Part shown: positions 9,465 to 18,543 of the stretch, piece after piece
Position numbering within the stretch: position 1 is the stretch's first letter
How the letters are laid out: every line of letters begins with the position of its first letter
Assembly (NCBI GenBank): GCA_963665295.1
Contig: OY762209.1
Coordinates: 4,832,001-4,896,000 of the forward strand
From: Syntrophorhabdaceae bacterium
GTDB taxonomy: Bacteria > Desulfobacterota > Syntrophorhabdia > Syntrophorhabdales > Syntrophorhabdaceae
Direction: 5' to 3'
Length of the DNA stretch: 64,000 bases
Position numbers and translations under genes: made by a program
The notes under the pieces: generated by a model
Told to the model about the DNA's origin: nothing
Database searches by the model: none
What the model saw: the letters and a program-made list of their open reading frames with translations, nothing else

Positions 9465-11561
9465 TTAGAGCTTAAACAACAAATCCGTGTAGTTCGGCAC
9501 AGGCCACATATCCCTGGGAACTATGCCTTCTGCCGCGTCCACATCTACCCGCAGTGCCTGCATCACGGGAAACACTTTGTCGCGATACGCTTCAGCCTGT
9601 TTTACCACGTCGCTCGTGTCTTGCGCCTTTGACACCGCTCCCTCGAGCTTGGTGAGGGTTTTGTAGGCGGAAGTGAGCAGTGCATTCAGCTTTTTGAGCA
9701 GGTCCTGCTGGACCGAAACCGGGGCCGCCACGTTCTTGAAACTGGAAATGGAGTCCGCCAGGAAGGTTGCGTATTCGAGTCCTGCGGGTATGAACTGCTT
9801 TTTAGCCATATCGATGGCGGTGAGGGCCTCGATATTGATCTGTTTGGAATAGGCCTCCACGTACACGTCATAGCGGGAATGGAGTTCCTTGTGAGAAAAG
9901 ACCTCATATTTTTCAAAGAGTTTGAAGGCCTTGTCCGTAACAAAGGCTTTTAATGCGTCAACCGAGTTCCTTACATTGGGAAGACCGCGCTTTTCCGCTT
10001 CTACTACCCACTCGTCGGAATAGTTGTTCCCATTGAAGATAACACGGTTATGTTTCTTATAGATGTCCCTGATGATGGCCGCTGCTTCGGCGTTCTTGTC
10101 TTTCGCTTTTTCCAGGCGAGTGGCAATCTCGTCAAAGGCTTCCGCCGCGATGGTGTTCAGGGCCACGTTCGATCCCGCAACCGACTGCGCGGAGCCGACC
10201 ATTCTGAATTCGAACTTGTTGCCCGTAAAGGCGAAGGGAGAGGTCCTGTTGCGGTCCGTATTGTCCTTGGGAATAGGCGGCAGCGTATCTACGCCGACGT
10301 TTACGAATTGTGCGTCTTTCGTGGAGATCTTTTCGCCTTTCGCGATCTTCTCCAGGATTTCCGTCAACTCCTCGCCCATGAAGGCGGAGATGATGGCGGG
10401 AGGCGCTTCATTTGCGCCGAGACGGTGGTCATTCCCCGCCGTGGCACAGGTGGCGCGCAAGATATCGGAGTGCATGTCAACGGCCTTGAGCAATCCACTG
10501 ACCAATACGAGGAACTGCACATTTTCACCGGGGGTGGAACCGGGTTCCAACAGGTTGAAGCCGTCGTCCGTGGAGAGCGACCAGTTGTTGTGTTTGCCCG
10601 AACCGTTAATACCCGCGTAAGGCTTCTCGTGAAGCAGGCAAACCAGGTCGTGGCGCAGGGCAACTTTCTGCATGGTCTCCATCACGAGCTGATTGTGGTC
10701 GGTAGCGATATTGGTAGTGCCGAAAATGGGGGCCATCTCGTACTGGGCAGGCGCTACCTCGTTATGCTGGGTCTTGGAGGTAATGCCCATTTTCCACAGT
10801 TCCGTGTTAAGGTCGGTCATGTAATCGGAGACCCTGTCCTTGATGGCGCCGAAATATTGGTCCTCAAGTTCCTGGCCCTTGGGCGCGGGTGCGCCGAAGA
10901 TGGTCCGGCCCGTGAGCATGAGGTCGGTCCTGTCGAGATAGAACTTCTTGTCAACCAGAAAATATTCCTGCTCAGGACCTACGGTGGAGATCACCTTGGC
11001 GGAAGTACAATTGCCCAGAGCCCTGAGAACCCGCATCGTCTGCTTGGACACGGCCTTCATCGACCTCAGGAGGGGTGTCTTCTTGTCGAGAGCTTCCCCT
11101 TTGTAGGAGTAAAAAGCCGTGGGGATGGTAAGGGTCACGTTGCCGCTTTCATCGGTCTTCAAAAATGCGGGAGAGGTGCAGTCCCAGGCGGTGTACCCTC
11201 TTGCCTCGAAGGTAGCCCGAAGCCCGCCGCTTGGAAAGGAGGACGCGTCCGGCTCGCCCTGGATCAGTTGCTTGCCGGAAAACTCAAGGATCACGCTGCC
11301 GTCGGGAGCGGGAGATATGAATGAATCATGCTTCTCCGCCGTTGTCCCGGTCAGGGGCTGGAACCAGTGTGTGTAGTGGGTGGCGCCCTTCTCGATTGCC
11401 CAGTCCTTCATGGCGTTTGCCACCACATCCGCCACGTCGGGACGCAACGGGATGTCTTTGTCGATGGTTTCCTTCAGGGCCTTGTAAATCTGTTTGGGTA
11501 GCCGCTCTTTCATGGCCTTATCATTAAAAACGTTAGAACCGAAAACTTCTGTGAGCTCCAT
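9465..11561 (-). CDS. glnN: Glutamine synthetase type III
   Basis: [47 protein letters not shown] and [18 protein letters not shown] motifs; about 700 aa; GGAGG before ATG 11561. Confidence 0.95.
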   Translation of the reverse strand: MELTEVFGSNVFNDKAMKERLPKQIYKALKETIDKDIPLRPDVADVVANAMKDWAIEKGATHYTHWFQPLTGTTAEKHDSFISPAPDGSVILEFSGKQLIQGEPDASSFPSGGLRATFEARGYTAWDCTSPAFLKTDESGNVTLTIPTAFYSYKGEALDKKTPLLRSMKAVSKQTMRVLRALGNCTSAKVISTVGPEQEYFLVDKKFYLDRTDLMLTGRTIFGAPAPKGQELEDQYFGAIKDRVSDYMTDLNTELWKMGITSKTQHNEVAPAQYEMAPIFGTTNIATDHNQLVMETMQKVALRHDLVCLLHEKPYAGINGSGKHNNWSLSTDDGFNLLEPGSTPGENVQFLVLVSGLLKAVDMHSDILRATCATAGNDHRLGANEAPPAIISAFMGEELTEILEKIAKGEKISTKDAQFVNVGVDTLPPIPKDNTDRNRTSPFAFTGNKFEFRMVGSAQSVAGSNVALNTIAAEAFDEIATRLEKAKDKNAEAAAIIRDIYKKHNRVIFNGNNYSDEWVVEAEKRGLPNVRNSVDALKAFVTDKAFKLFEKYEVFSHKELHSRYDVYVEAYSKQINIEALTAIDMAKKQFIPAGLEYATFLADSISSFKNVAAPVSVQQDLLKKLNALLTSAYKTLTKLEGAVSKAQDTSDVVKQAEAYRDKVFPVMQALRVDVDAAEGIVPRDMWPVPNYTDLLFKL

Positions 11562-11843
11562 AGTGTCCTCCATTGCTATAATATATATCCTTAAAATCCC
11601 GGTCCTCGGCGCCGATACGCGTGTCGGGCCGGAATATTAATTCTAACAGGCCTCTGCCACATCTTACTGCGGCAGCGGATAGCCCCGTGAGACAATCCAT
11701 CAAAGGGTACCCTGTCGGAAAAGTATGTTTCTAGTCGAAAGACGTTGACCGTTTTGAACAGCGTTGTTCCTGATGGTTGAACAACCCTCTGCGATCACTG
11801 AGGGTCATATCCCGCCCGCACCACATTGTACGAACCTGCCAAT

Positions 11844-11872
11844 ACATTACTACAAGTAGAAAAATGATGCAA
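11844..11872 (-). promoter_or_regulatory. Putative sigma70 promoter of glnN
   Basis: TTGCAT-N17-TAATGT on the minus strand. Confidence 0.45.
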
Positions 11873-11946
11873 GACGTTAACCCATTAAAAACAGTGACTA
11901 GTTGATAAAACAAACGGTCGTCTTTCCGGGGCCCTCAGCCGCCTTC

Positions 11947-12288
11947 TCAGCCGATCGCTCCCACTCCCCGTTCCTCCGTGCGGATTCGGATGCATTCGGC
12001 AAGTTCAAGAACAAATATCTTCCCGTCTCCCACTTCTCCTGTCTGGGCGCCTTTCACGATCGCCTTGATGGTGGGCTCCACAAAATTCTCATTCACCGCG
12101 ATCTCGAGTCGCACCTTGCGGAGCAGGTTCCCCATCTCTCGCGCGCCCCTGTAAACCTCGGTGACCCCCATCTGCCTGCCGTGGCCCAGGACCTCGTTCA
12201 CAGTGAGGAGGTTCACGTCCGCCTTGTAGAGCTCCTGTTTCACGGCTTCAAGCCTGTCCGGTTTTATGATTGCGATTATCAGTTTCAT
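11947..12288 (-). CDS. glnK: P-II nitrogen regulator (copy 1)
   Basis: T-loop GHGRQ..TEVYRG and TGEVGDGKIFV motifs; downstream of amtB. Confidence 0.95.
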   Translation of the reverse strand: MKLIIAIIKPDRLEAVKQELYKADVNLLTVNEVLGHGRQMGVTEVYRGAREMGNLLRKVRLEIAVNENFVEPTIKAIVKGAQTGEVGDGKIFVLELAECIRIRTEERGVGAIG

Positions 12289-12298
12289 GGTTGCCCCC

Positions 12299-13657
12299 CT
12301 ATTCTATAACAGTATAAGCATTTTCGTGATGCTGAGTGAGGTCGAGACCTATAATCTCATCCCGCTCAACGACCCTGACCTTGAGAATAAGATCAACGAT
12401 CTTGTAGATAATATAGCTGCCTACCAGACTGTATGCCATAATGACCACGACGGCAATCAACTGAATGAGGAACTGTTTGGGGTTTCCGTAGAAAAGACCG
12501 TCCGCTCCCGCCGGGTTTACCGCCTTCGACGCGAAAAGTCCCACCGCGAGGGTCCCCAGGATGCCTCCCACTCCATGGACGCCAAAGGCGTCGAGGGAAT
12601 CATCGTACCCGAGTTTCGGTTTCACTATGGCCACGGAGATATAGCATATCACACTCGCCGCAAAGCCGATGATCGCGGCGGAAAGGACCGTGACAAATCC
12701 GGACGCAGGCGTAATGGTCGCCAGTCCCGCTATGGACCCTGTGATCGTGCCGAAGAGGGTCGGTTTTTCGTTGAATATCCACTCGAGAGCCGCCCAGGTC
12801 ATGGCGGCGATCGCGGCGGCCGTGTGGGTCACCACGAGGGTGTGAACCGCAAGGCCGTTGGCCCCCAGGGCGCTGCCTGCGTTAAACCCGTACCACCCGA
12901 ACCATAAAAGGGCCGTACCCAGCACGGTAAAGGGAATATTGTGGGGAGAGACCGGTTTGTTGTCATAACCCGTCCTTTTTCCGATCACAAGGGCAGTGAC
13001 GAGGGCCGCCATACCCGCATTGATATGGACCACCGTGCCGCCCGCGAAATCAAGGACACCCATATCGCGAAGCCATCCCCCTACGCCCCATACCCAGTGA
13101 CACACGGGGTCATACACAAAGGTTGCCCAGAGCACGGTAAACAGAAGAAAGGCCGAAAACTTCATCCTCTCCGCAAAGGCGCCGATAATGAGGGCCGGGG
13201 TAATGATGGCGAACATGGCCTGAAAGATCATGAATGCCTCATGGGGAATCGTCGCCGCGTAATCCTTGAAAGGCAGAGAGCCCACGCCGTCAAGGCCGAG
13301 CCACGCAAATCCTCCCCAGAACCCCTTTGCGGGCGCAAATGAAAGGCTGTACCCGAAGAGAATCCACTGAGCCGTAATTACGCCGAGCACGATAAAACAT
13401 TGCATCAACACGCCAAGTACATTCTTGCGCCTTACCATGCCCCCATAGAAGAAAGCAAGTCCGGGGGTCATAAACATGACCAGGGCTATGGACACAAGCA
13501 TCCATGCCGTATCCCCCGTATCCACCGGTGATTTGGCCTGCGCACCGGTTTGCGCCACCCCCTGAACGGCCGCGGGAAGACCCGGATCCTCCGCAAAGCA
13601 AATCCCTGCGACCACCAGACCCAACAACAGCACTGCAACAACCGCATACTTCTTCAC
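12299..13657 (-). CDS. amtB: Ammonium transporter (copy 1)
   Basis: DFAGGTVVH, GWYGFNAGS and DDSLDAFGVH motifs; GTG start after GGAGG. Confidence 0.95.
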   Translation of the reverse strand: MKKYAVVAVLLLGLVVAGICFAEDPGLPAAVQGVAQTGAQAKSPVDTGDTAWMLVSIALVMFMTPGLAFFYGGMVRRKNVLGVLMQCFIVLGVITAQWILFGYSLSFAPAKGFWGGFAWLGLDGVGSLPFKDYAATIPHEAFMIFQAMFAIITPALIIGAFAERMKFSAFLLFTVLWATFVYDPVCHWVWGVGGWLRDMGVLDFAGGTVVHINAGMAALVTALVIGKRTGYDNKPVSPHNIPFTVLGTALLWFGWYGFNAGSALGANGLAVHTLVVTHTAAAIAAMTWAALEWIFNEKPTLFGTITGSIAGLATITPASGFVTVLSAAIIGFAASVICYISVAIVKPKLGYDDSLDAFGVHGVGGILGTLAVGLFASKAVNPAGADGLFYGNPKQFLIQLIAVVVIMAYSLVGSYIIYKIVDLILKVRVVERDEIIGLDLTQHHENAYTVIE

Positions 13658-14125
13658 TATGCACCTCCGTTTTTTTCGTGGAGCGCAAAGGTGTCTTGTC
13701 TTACCGGCCGTGGCATGACTTCCGTTTCGTCACAGTCTCTTAAAAGGATTTCCTCGAAGAATTCCAGGACCTGAGCACAGGACCCGGCCTGACTGACTGA
13801 CGGTTCACCCTCGTCTCTTTCGGGCCGAACATTCAGCCCTCCAGTCTCTAGGCTTTGACTGATTTGAACTGCGCTGTTGAATTCCCCTCGGGTCGGTGAG
13901 GGAGTGGTGTCGTCTGCACGCCTGTGTGCAAACCTTCTGTACCCTACGAGTAAACTTTTCCTTCTTTTGGTAACCATGGTACGGCAAAATATTCTGCGAA
14001 CAAGAATAACGGCGAGGACAAGGGGTGAAGTACCACTGACGAAAACTTATTAAACGTATATCGGGTGAAGGAGGGGCGCAGGGGGGACCGGCGTGAAGAC
14101 CGGTGAAGGACGGTAAGACAAATGA

Positions 14126-14213
14126 GTATACAGACAGCCGCGAGCCGAGGGCGAGGCGTCCCTTGAGGCGCATCCCCGTATCTCCCATCCGCGGCTCGCG
14201 GCTGTCTGTATAC
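14126..14213. repeat. Perfect 22-bp inverted repeat downstream of glnK copy 2
   Basis: GTATACAGACAGCCGCGAGCCG at 14126-14147 and its exact reverse complement at 14192-14213. Confidence 0.85.
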
Positions 14214-14221
14214 CTTGTTTC

Positions 14222-14563
14222 TCAGCCTATGGCAGTGGTGCCCCGTTCCTCCGTTCGTATGCGAATGCATTCTCCAAGTTCAAGGACAAATATCTTCCCG
14301 TCCCCCACCGCGCCGGTCTGGGCCCCCTTCAGGATCGCCTTGACGGTAGGTTCCGCGAAATTATCGTTCACTGCAATCTCGAGCCGCACCTTGCGAAGCA
14401 AATTCCCCATTTCCCTGGCGCCCCTGTAGACCTCAGTGACACCCATCTGTCTGCCGTGGCCGAGGACCTCGTTTACAGTGAGGAGATTCACGTCTGCCTT
14501 GTAGAGCTCCTGTTTCACCGCTTCAAGTCTGTCCGGTTTAATTATGGCGATAATCAGTTTCAT
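14222..14563 (-). CDS. glnK: P-II nitrogen regulator (copy 2)
   Basis: N-terminal ~66 aa identical to copy 1; P-II signature motifs. Confidence 0.95.
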   Translation of the reverse strand: MKLIIAIIKPDRLEAVKQELYKADVNLLTVNEVLGHGRQMGVTEVYRGAREMGNLLRKVRLEIAVNDNFAEPTVKAILKGAQTGAVGDGKIFVLELGECIRIRTEERGTTAIG

Positions 14564-14574
14564 ATCCTCCCCTC

Positions 14575-15957
14575 CTATTCTATGACGGTATAGGCGTTTT
14601 CGTGGTGCTGGCTGAGGTCGAGACCGAGGGTCTCGTCCCTCTCGGGCACGCGCACCTTCATGACAAGGTCAACCACCTTGTAAATGATGTAGCTCACCAC
14701 GAAGCTGTACGCCACTGTTACCAGCACGGCAACCAACTGTATTACAAACTGTTTCGGGTTCCCGAAGAAGAGGCCGTTTGCACCGTCCGGGTTTATCGCT
14801 TTGGAAGCAAAGAGACCTGTGGCAAGGGCACCCCATATTCCGCCCACGCAGTGGACGCCGAACACATCAAGGGCATCGTCGTACCCGAATTTGGGTTTTA
14901 TCCACGAGACAGCTATGAAGCAGAAGACGCTCACGCACACCCCGATCGCGATGGCAGAGAGGGCGCTCACGTACCCCGCCGCGGGGGTAATCGCCACGAG
15001 TCCCGCAACGGCCCCTGTCGCGGTGCCGAGCATGGTGGGTTTATCGTTGAACATCCAGTCTATAAGAGCCCATGTCAAGCCTGCGGCAGCGGCGGCCGTG
15101 TTGGTCACCACAAAAGCGTTTACCGACAGGCCGTTCGCGGCGAGAGCGCTCCCTGCGTTGAACCCGAACCACCCGAACCAGAGAAGGGCAGTGCCCAGCA
15201 CGGTAAAGGGGAGGTTGTGAGGCAGTATGGCTTTGTGGTTGGAACCGCCGTTCCGCTTCCTGATCACCACGGCAGTCATGAGGGCCGCAATACCCGCATT
15301 GATATGGACTACAGTTCCCCCTGCAAAGTCGAGGGCGCCCATCTCGCGCAGCCATCCTCCCACTCCCCAGACCCAATGGCAGACGGGGTCGTACACGAAG
15401 GTCGCCCAGAGAATCATAATCACCACAAAGGCCGAGAACTTCATTCTCTCTGCAAAGGCACCGATGATAAGCGCCGGGGTGATGACGGCGAACATGGCCT
15501 GGAAGATCATGAAGGCCTGGTGAGGGATCGTGGCCGCATAGTCCTTGAAGGGTTCAAGTCCTACCCCGCTCAAGCCTATCCAGTCGAATCCGCCCCAGAA
15601 CCCCTTTGCAGGTCCGAATGCAAGGCTGTAACCGTAAAGCACCCACTGCACGCTGATGATGCAGAGCAGGGTGAAGCATTGCATGAGAACCCCGAGAACG
15701 TTCTTACGACCCACCATTCCCCCATAGAAGAAGGCCAGCCCGGGAGTCATAAGCATGACCAGCGCTGTCGAGATAAGGACCCACGCCGTGTCGCCGGGGT
15801 CTACCTTGGGCGCTGCCTGAGCGGGCGCCGCCGGCTGCGTGGCGGGTGCCGTCTGTGACGCCGCCGGGGCCGGGACCACCTTCGGTTCTTCCGCATATGC
15901 AACCCCAATCAACCCGATGAACAAAAGAACCAAAAGAAGAGCAGTAAGTCGTTTCAT
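14575..15957 (-). CDS. amtB: Ammonium transporter (copy 2)
   Basis: DFAGGTVVH, GWFGFNAGS and DDALDVFGVH motifs; AGGAGG RBS. Confidence 0.95.
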   Translation of the reverse strand: MKRLTALLLVLLFIGLIGVAYAEEPKVVPAPAASQTAPATQPAAPAQAAPKVDPGDTAWVLISTALVMLMTPGLAFFYGGMVGRKNVLGVLMQCFTLLCIISVQWVLYGYSLAFGPAKGFWGGFDWIGLSGVGLEPFKDYAATIPHQAFMIFQAMFAVITPALIIGAFAERMKFSAFVVIMILWATFVYDPVCHWVWGVGGWLREMGALDFAGGTVVHINAGIAALMTAVVIRKRNGGSNHKAILPHNLPFTVLGTALLWFGWFGFNAGSALAANGLSVNAFVVTNTAAAAAGLTWALIDWMFNDKPTMLGTATGAVAGLVAITPAAGYVSALSAIAIGVCVSVFCFIAVSWIKPKFGYDDALDVFGVHCVGGIWGALATGLFASKAINPDGANGLFFGNPKQFVIQLVAVLVTVAYSFVVSYIIYKVVDLVMKVRVPERDETLGLDLSQHHENAYTVIE

Positions 15958-15979
15958 TTAATACCTCCTGTTTTAAAAT

Positions 15980-16103
15980 AAAAAGGAGGCGTCTTTAATC
16001 CATCTTTGGATAGAGACGCCTCCGTCTTAAAAACAAAATAAAAAACGCTCCAGGCACCCTACCGGGGTACCGGAACGCCGTTGTCAACCGCACATCAGTG
16101 TGC
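15980..16103 (-). promoter_or_regulatory. Tandem ANTAR-type dual-hairpin antitermination elements with two intrinsic terminators
   Basis: GCAC-ACTGAT-GTGC and GAC-AACGGC-GTT (6-nt loops, A1/G4), the second overlapping terminator 16040-16078; AGAC-GGAGGC-GTCT and ATCC-AAAGAT-GGAT overlapping terminator 15980-16023. Confidence 0.75.
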
Positions 16104-16265
16104 CCTTTTGCTTCCTTACATAGGTACAAGTAAACCGTCCACTATTTTGGTAACCTCCGGCCCCGATTCGAACAAAACACTTAAGAATTAGGGTTTCGAA
16201 CCGATAAAAACATAACGGGAATAATTCTCATAAAGAACTTCAAAGCCGGGGAAACAACAACTGCG

Positions 16266-16514
16266 ATGGAAACTGAGGATCGGCGTATTTTATTCATGTT
16301 CGGCAATGATAATATAATACTTGAAATGTCTCTCGACTCCTATGAGCCCGGGGATATCAAGGATACAAAGGAGCGGCTCGCCCAGCAGATGCAGTGCGCG
16401 CCGGCGGACATCGCCATAAGGATAACAGGCGTCAAAGGCGGCAGAGCCAATAAAGGATCCTCACTCCATTTTTCACTTATCGATTTCAATACCATAAAAA
16501 ACGTAATCAAGTAG
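16266..16514 (+). CDS. Hypothetical protein
   Basis: 82-aa ORF divergent from amtB copy 2; no motif recognised. Confidence 0.5.
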   Translation: METEDRRILFMFGNDNIILEMSLDSYEPGDIKDTKERLAQQMQCAPADIAIRITGVKGGRANKGSSLHFSLIDFNTIKNVIK

Positions 16515-16651
16515 CTCTCCCGGAAGGCATTCCCGAAACGCCGCAGACATCAGGCGAAGGCCGGGCGACACTGAGGGCGGCCCTGTCCCGACGGGCGTCA
16601 AAGGCCCGTGTAATCATTGACAACGCCCCCCTCTTCTGTTAATGATCTTGT

Positions 16652-17680
16652 ATGGTTGACAAATTGGCATTTTCAGGGGACCTGGCGACGACTGCCATGG
16701 GTATCATGCCCCATGAAAATGTGGATGAAGCTTTGGAGCTGGCCTTTACCATGGACATCCCGTTCTGGCCTCAGCTTCCGAGACTCTCCTTTTATGAAGA
16801 CATGTATGCCCAGGCTATGGCCGGATTTCCCGGTGTCGTGACGGACGCGGCGAAAGGGAGAATTTCTGTCGATACGGACGGCTTCTTCAATGAAATACCG
16901 GAATACCTCGAAAAAGAAGAGGACCCGGATTATTTCAGGCTCACCGGGGAGTATTCCCATACGTACCGGCGCTTTCTCTCGAAGGACCTCTCCTCCTGCC
17001 GCTCGGTGAGAGGACAGGTGATAAGCCCCGTAAGCCTTGCGTTGAAAATCACGGACGAAAGAGGCATACCTATAGTATACAACGACGAAATGCGCGCCGT
17101 CGCGTTCACCTTCATCCGGAACAAGGTAAACGCCCAGTACGAAGAACTGCGGGAAAAGAACGGGCGGGCCTTCGTCTGGGTAGACGACCCCGGCATCGAG
17201 TTTATCTTCAGTGCCATGTGCGGGTACGACAATATGAAGGCGAAAGAGGAACTGACCGCATTTTTTGACGGCGTGGAGGGTCCCCGGGGGCTCCACCTCT
17301 GCGGGCGGCCGGACTGGGACTTTCTGCTCTCTCTGAATATCGAGATACTCTCATTCAACGCCTATGCCTTCGGAGACATGTTCGTCACCTACGACCGTGT
17401 AAGAGATTTTCTGGAGCGGGGCAATATCATAAGCTGGGGTATAGTGCCCACCTATTATGAAGAATTTTCCCGGGAGGACGTGGAAGGCCTCGGAAGGAGA
17501 CTCACTGCAATGTGGGGCGTCCTGGAAGAGAAAGGGGTGACAAGGGAAATCATAGCCCGTCAGGCCATCCTCGCGCCGGCCACGTGCAACTTGCTCAACC
17601 CCGACAGGACCTCAACGGTGGAGAGTGCTTTCAAACTCCTCAATGAGCTGTCACTTCACCTGAAAGAGAGATATATATGA
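16652..17680 (+). CDS. Core (folate-independent, MesB-like) methionine synthase, MetE C-terminal-like domain
   Basis: PFWPQLP..E.MY.Q...GFPG, Zn-ligand HLC, SWGIVPT and C-terminal PATC; single-domain size of 342 aa. Confidence 0.7.
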   Translation: MVDKLAFSGDLATTAMGIMPHENVDEALELAFTMDIPFWPQLPRLSFYEDMYAQAMAGFPGVVTDAAKGRISVDTDGFFNEIPEYLEKEEDPDYFRLTGEYSHTYRRFLSKDLSSCRSVRGQVISPVSLALKITDERGIPIVYNDEMRAVAFTFIRNKVNAQYEELREKNGRAFVWVDDPGIEFIFSAMCGYDNMKAKEELTAFFDGVEGPRGLHLCGRPDWDFLLSLNIEILSFNAYAFGDMFVTYDRVRDFLERGNIISWGIVPTYYEEFSREDVEGLGRRLTAMWGVLEEKGVTREIIARQAILAPATCNLLNPDRTSTVESAFKLLNELSLHLKERYI

Positions 17681-18540
17681 CGAAGAAGAAGAACACGATT
17701 CACATTGTCTGTAAAAGAAGAAGCGAGGAAGCCATAAAGGTGGCTTCAGGGATCATCGGCACATTCGGGCGGGAAAACGACATCTTTCTCGACGAGGAAT
17801 CAGCGAGGGCCATCGGCTATGAAAAACACTTCGAGAGAGAGCAGGTTGGCGATGGGGCGACCTTCATCATCGTGCTCGGGGGAGATGGCACTTTGCTCAG
17901 CGTGTCAAGGAACCTCAAGGGCAAGAATGTGCCCATTCTCGGGGTAAATCTCGGGGGACTCGGGTTTCTCACGGAGATATCCCTTGAAGAGCTACCCTTC
18001 ATGATAGAACGGGTTTCCAAAGGACAGTTCAAGATCTCGCGGAGGGTAATGCTCGACGTAAGCGTGCGGAGGGATGGGAACGAAGTATTCGAGTTCTCCA
18101 TATTGAACGATGCGGTCATCACCAAAGACGCCCTCGCGAGGATCATCGATATCGAGACTTACGTGGACGGTGAATATCTCACCACGTACAAGGCGGACGG
18201 CCTCATACTCTCCACGCCCACCGGTTCCACCGGTTACTCCCTTTCAGCGAGCGGACCCATCCTCTACCCGTCGCTCGAAAACATCGTCATCACTCCCATT
18301 TCGCCCCACATGCTCACAAACAGGCCCATTATCCTGTCTAAAGACGTGGTGATCAGGGCTACCCTCAAGTCAAAGGACGAGAGGGTTGTGCTCACCCTCG
18401 ACGGGCAGATCGGGTTCCCCCTCGAATACGGGGATGATGTAATAGCAAAGGAGTCCAGGCATTCGGTGAGGCTCATCAAATCCTCGTCAAAGGGCTACTT
18501 CGAAATCTTGAGAACAAAGCTGAAGTGGGGTGAAAGGTAA
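17677..18540 (+). CDS. nadK: NAD kinase
   Basis: GGDGT, LGFL, ND and DGLILSTPTGSTGYSLSASGP motifs. Confidence 0.95.
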   Translation: MTKKKNTIHIVCKRRSEEAIKVASGIIGTFGRENDIFLDEESARAIGYEKHFEREQVGDGATFIIVLGGDGTLLSVSRNLKGKNVPILGVNLGGLGFLTEISLEELPFMIERVSKGQFKISRRVMLDVSVRRDGNEVFEFSILNDAVITKDALARIIDIETYVDGEYLTTYKADGLILSTPTGSTGYSLSASGPILYPSLENIVITPISPHMLTNRPIILSKDVVIRATLKSKDERVVLTLDGQIGFPLEYGDDVIAKESRHSVRLIKSSSKGYFEILRTKLKWGER

Positions 18541-18543
18541 CCG

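Noticed and set aside
11826..11842. sigma54 promoter for glnN (TTGGCAGG...)
   Set aside because: The -12 element reads TACA rather than TTGC; a sigma70 promoter fits better.
13780..13900. c-di-AMP (ydaO) riboswitch in the amtB1 leader
   Set aside because: Only scattered short matches (GCTGAA, CCCGAA, CCGTCAG); order and spacing do not fit the consensus.
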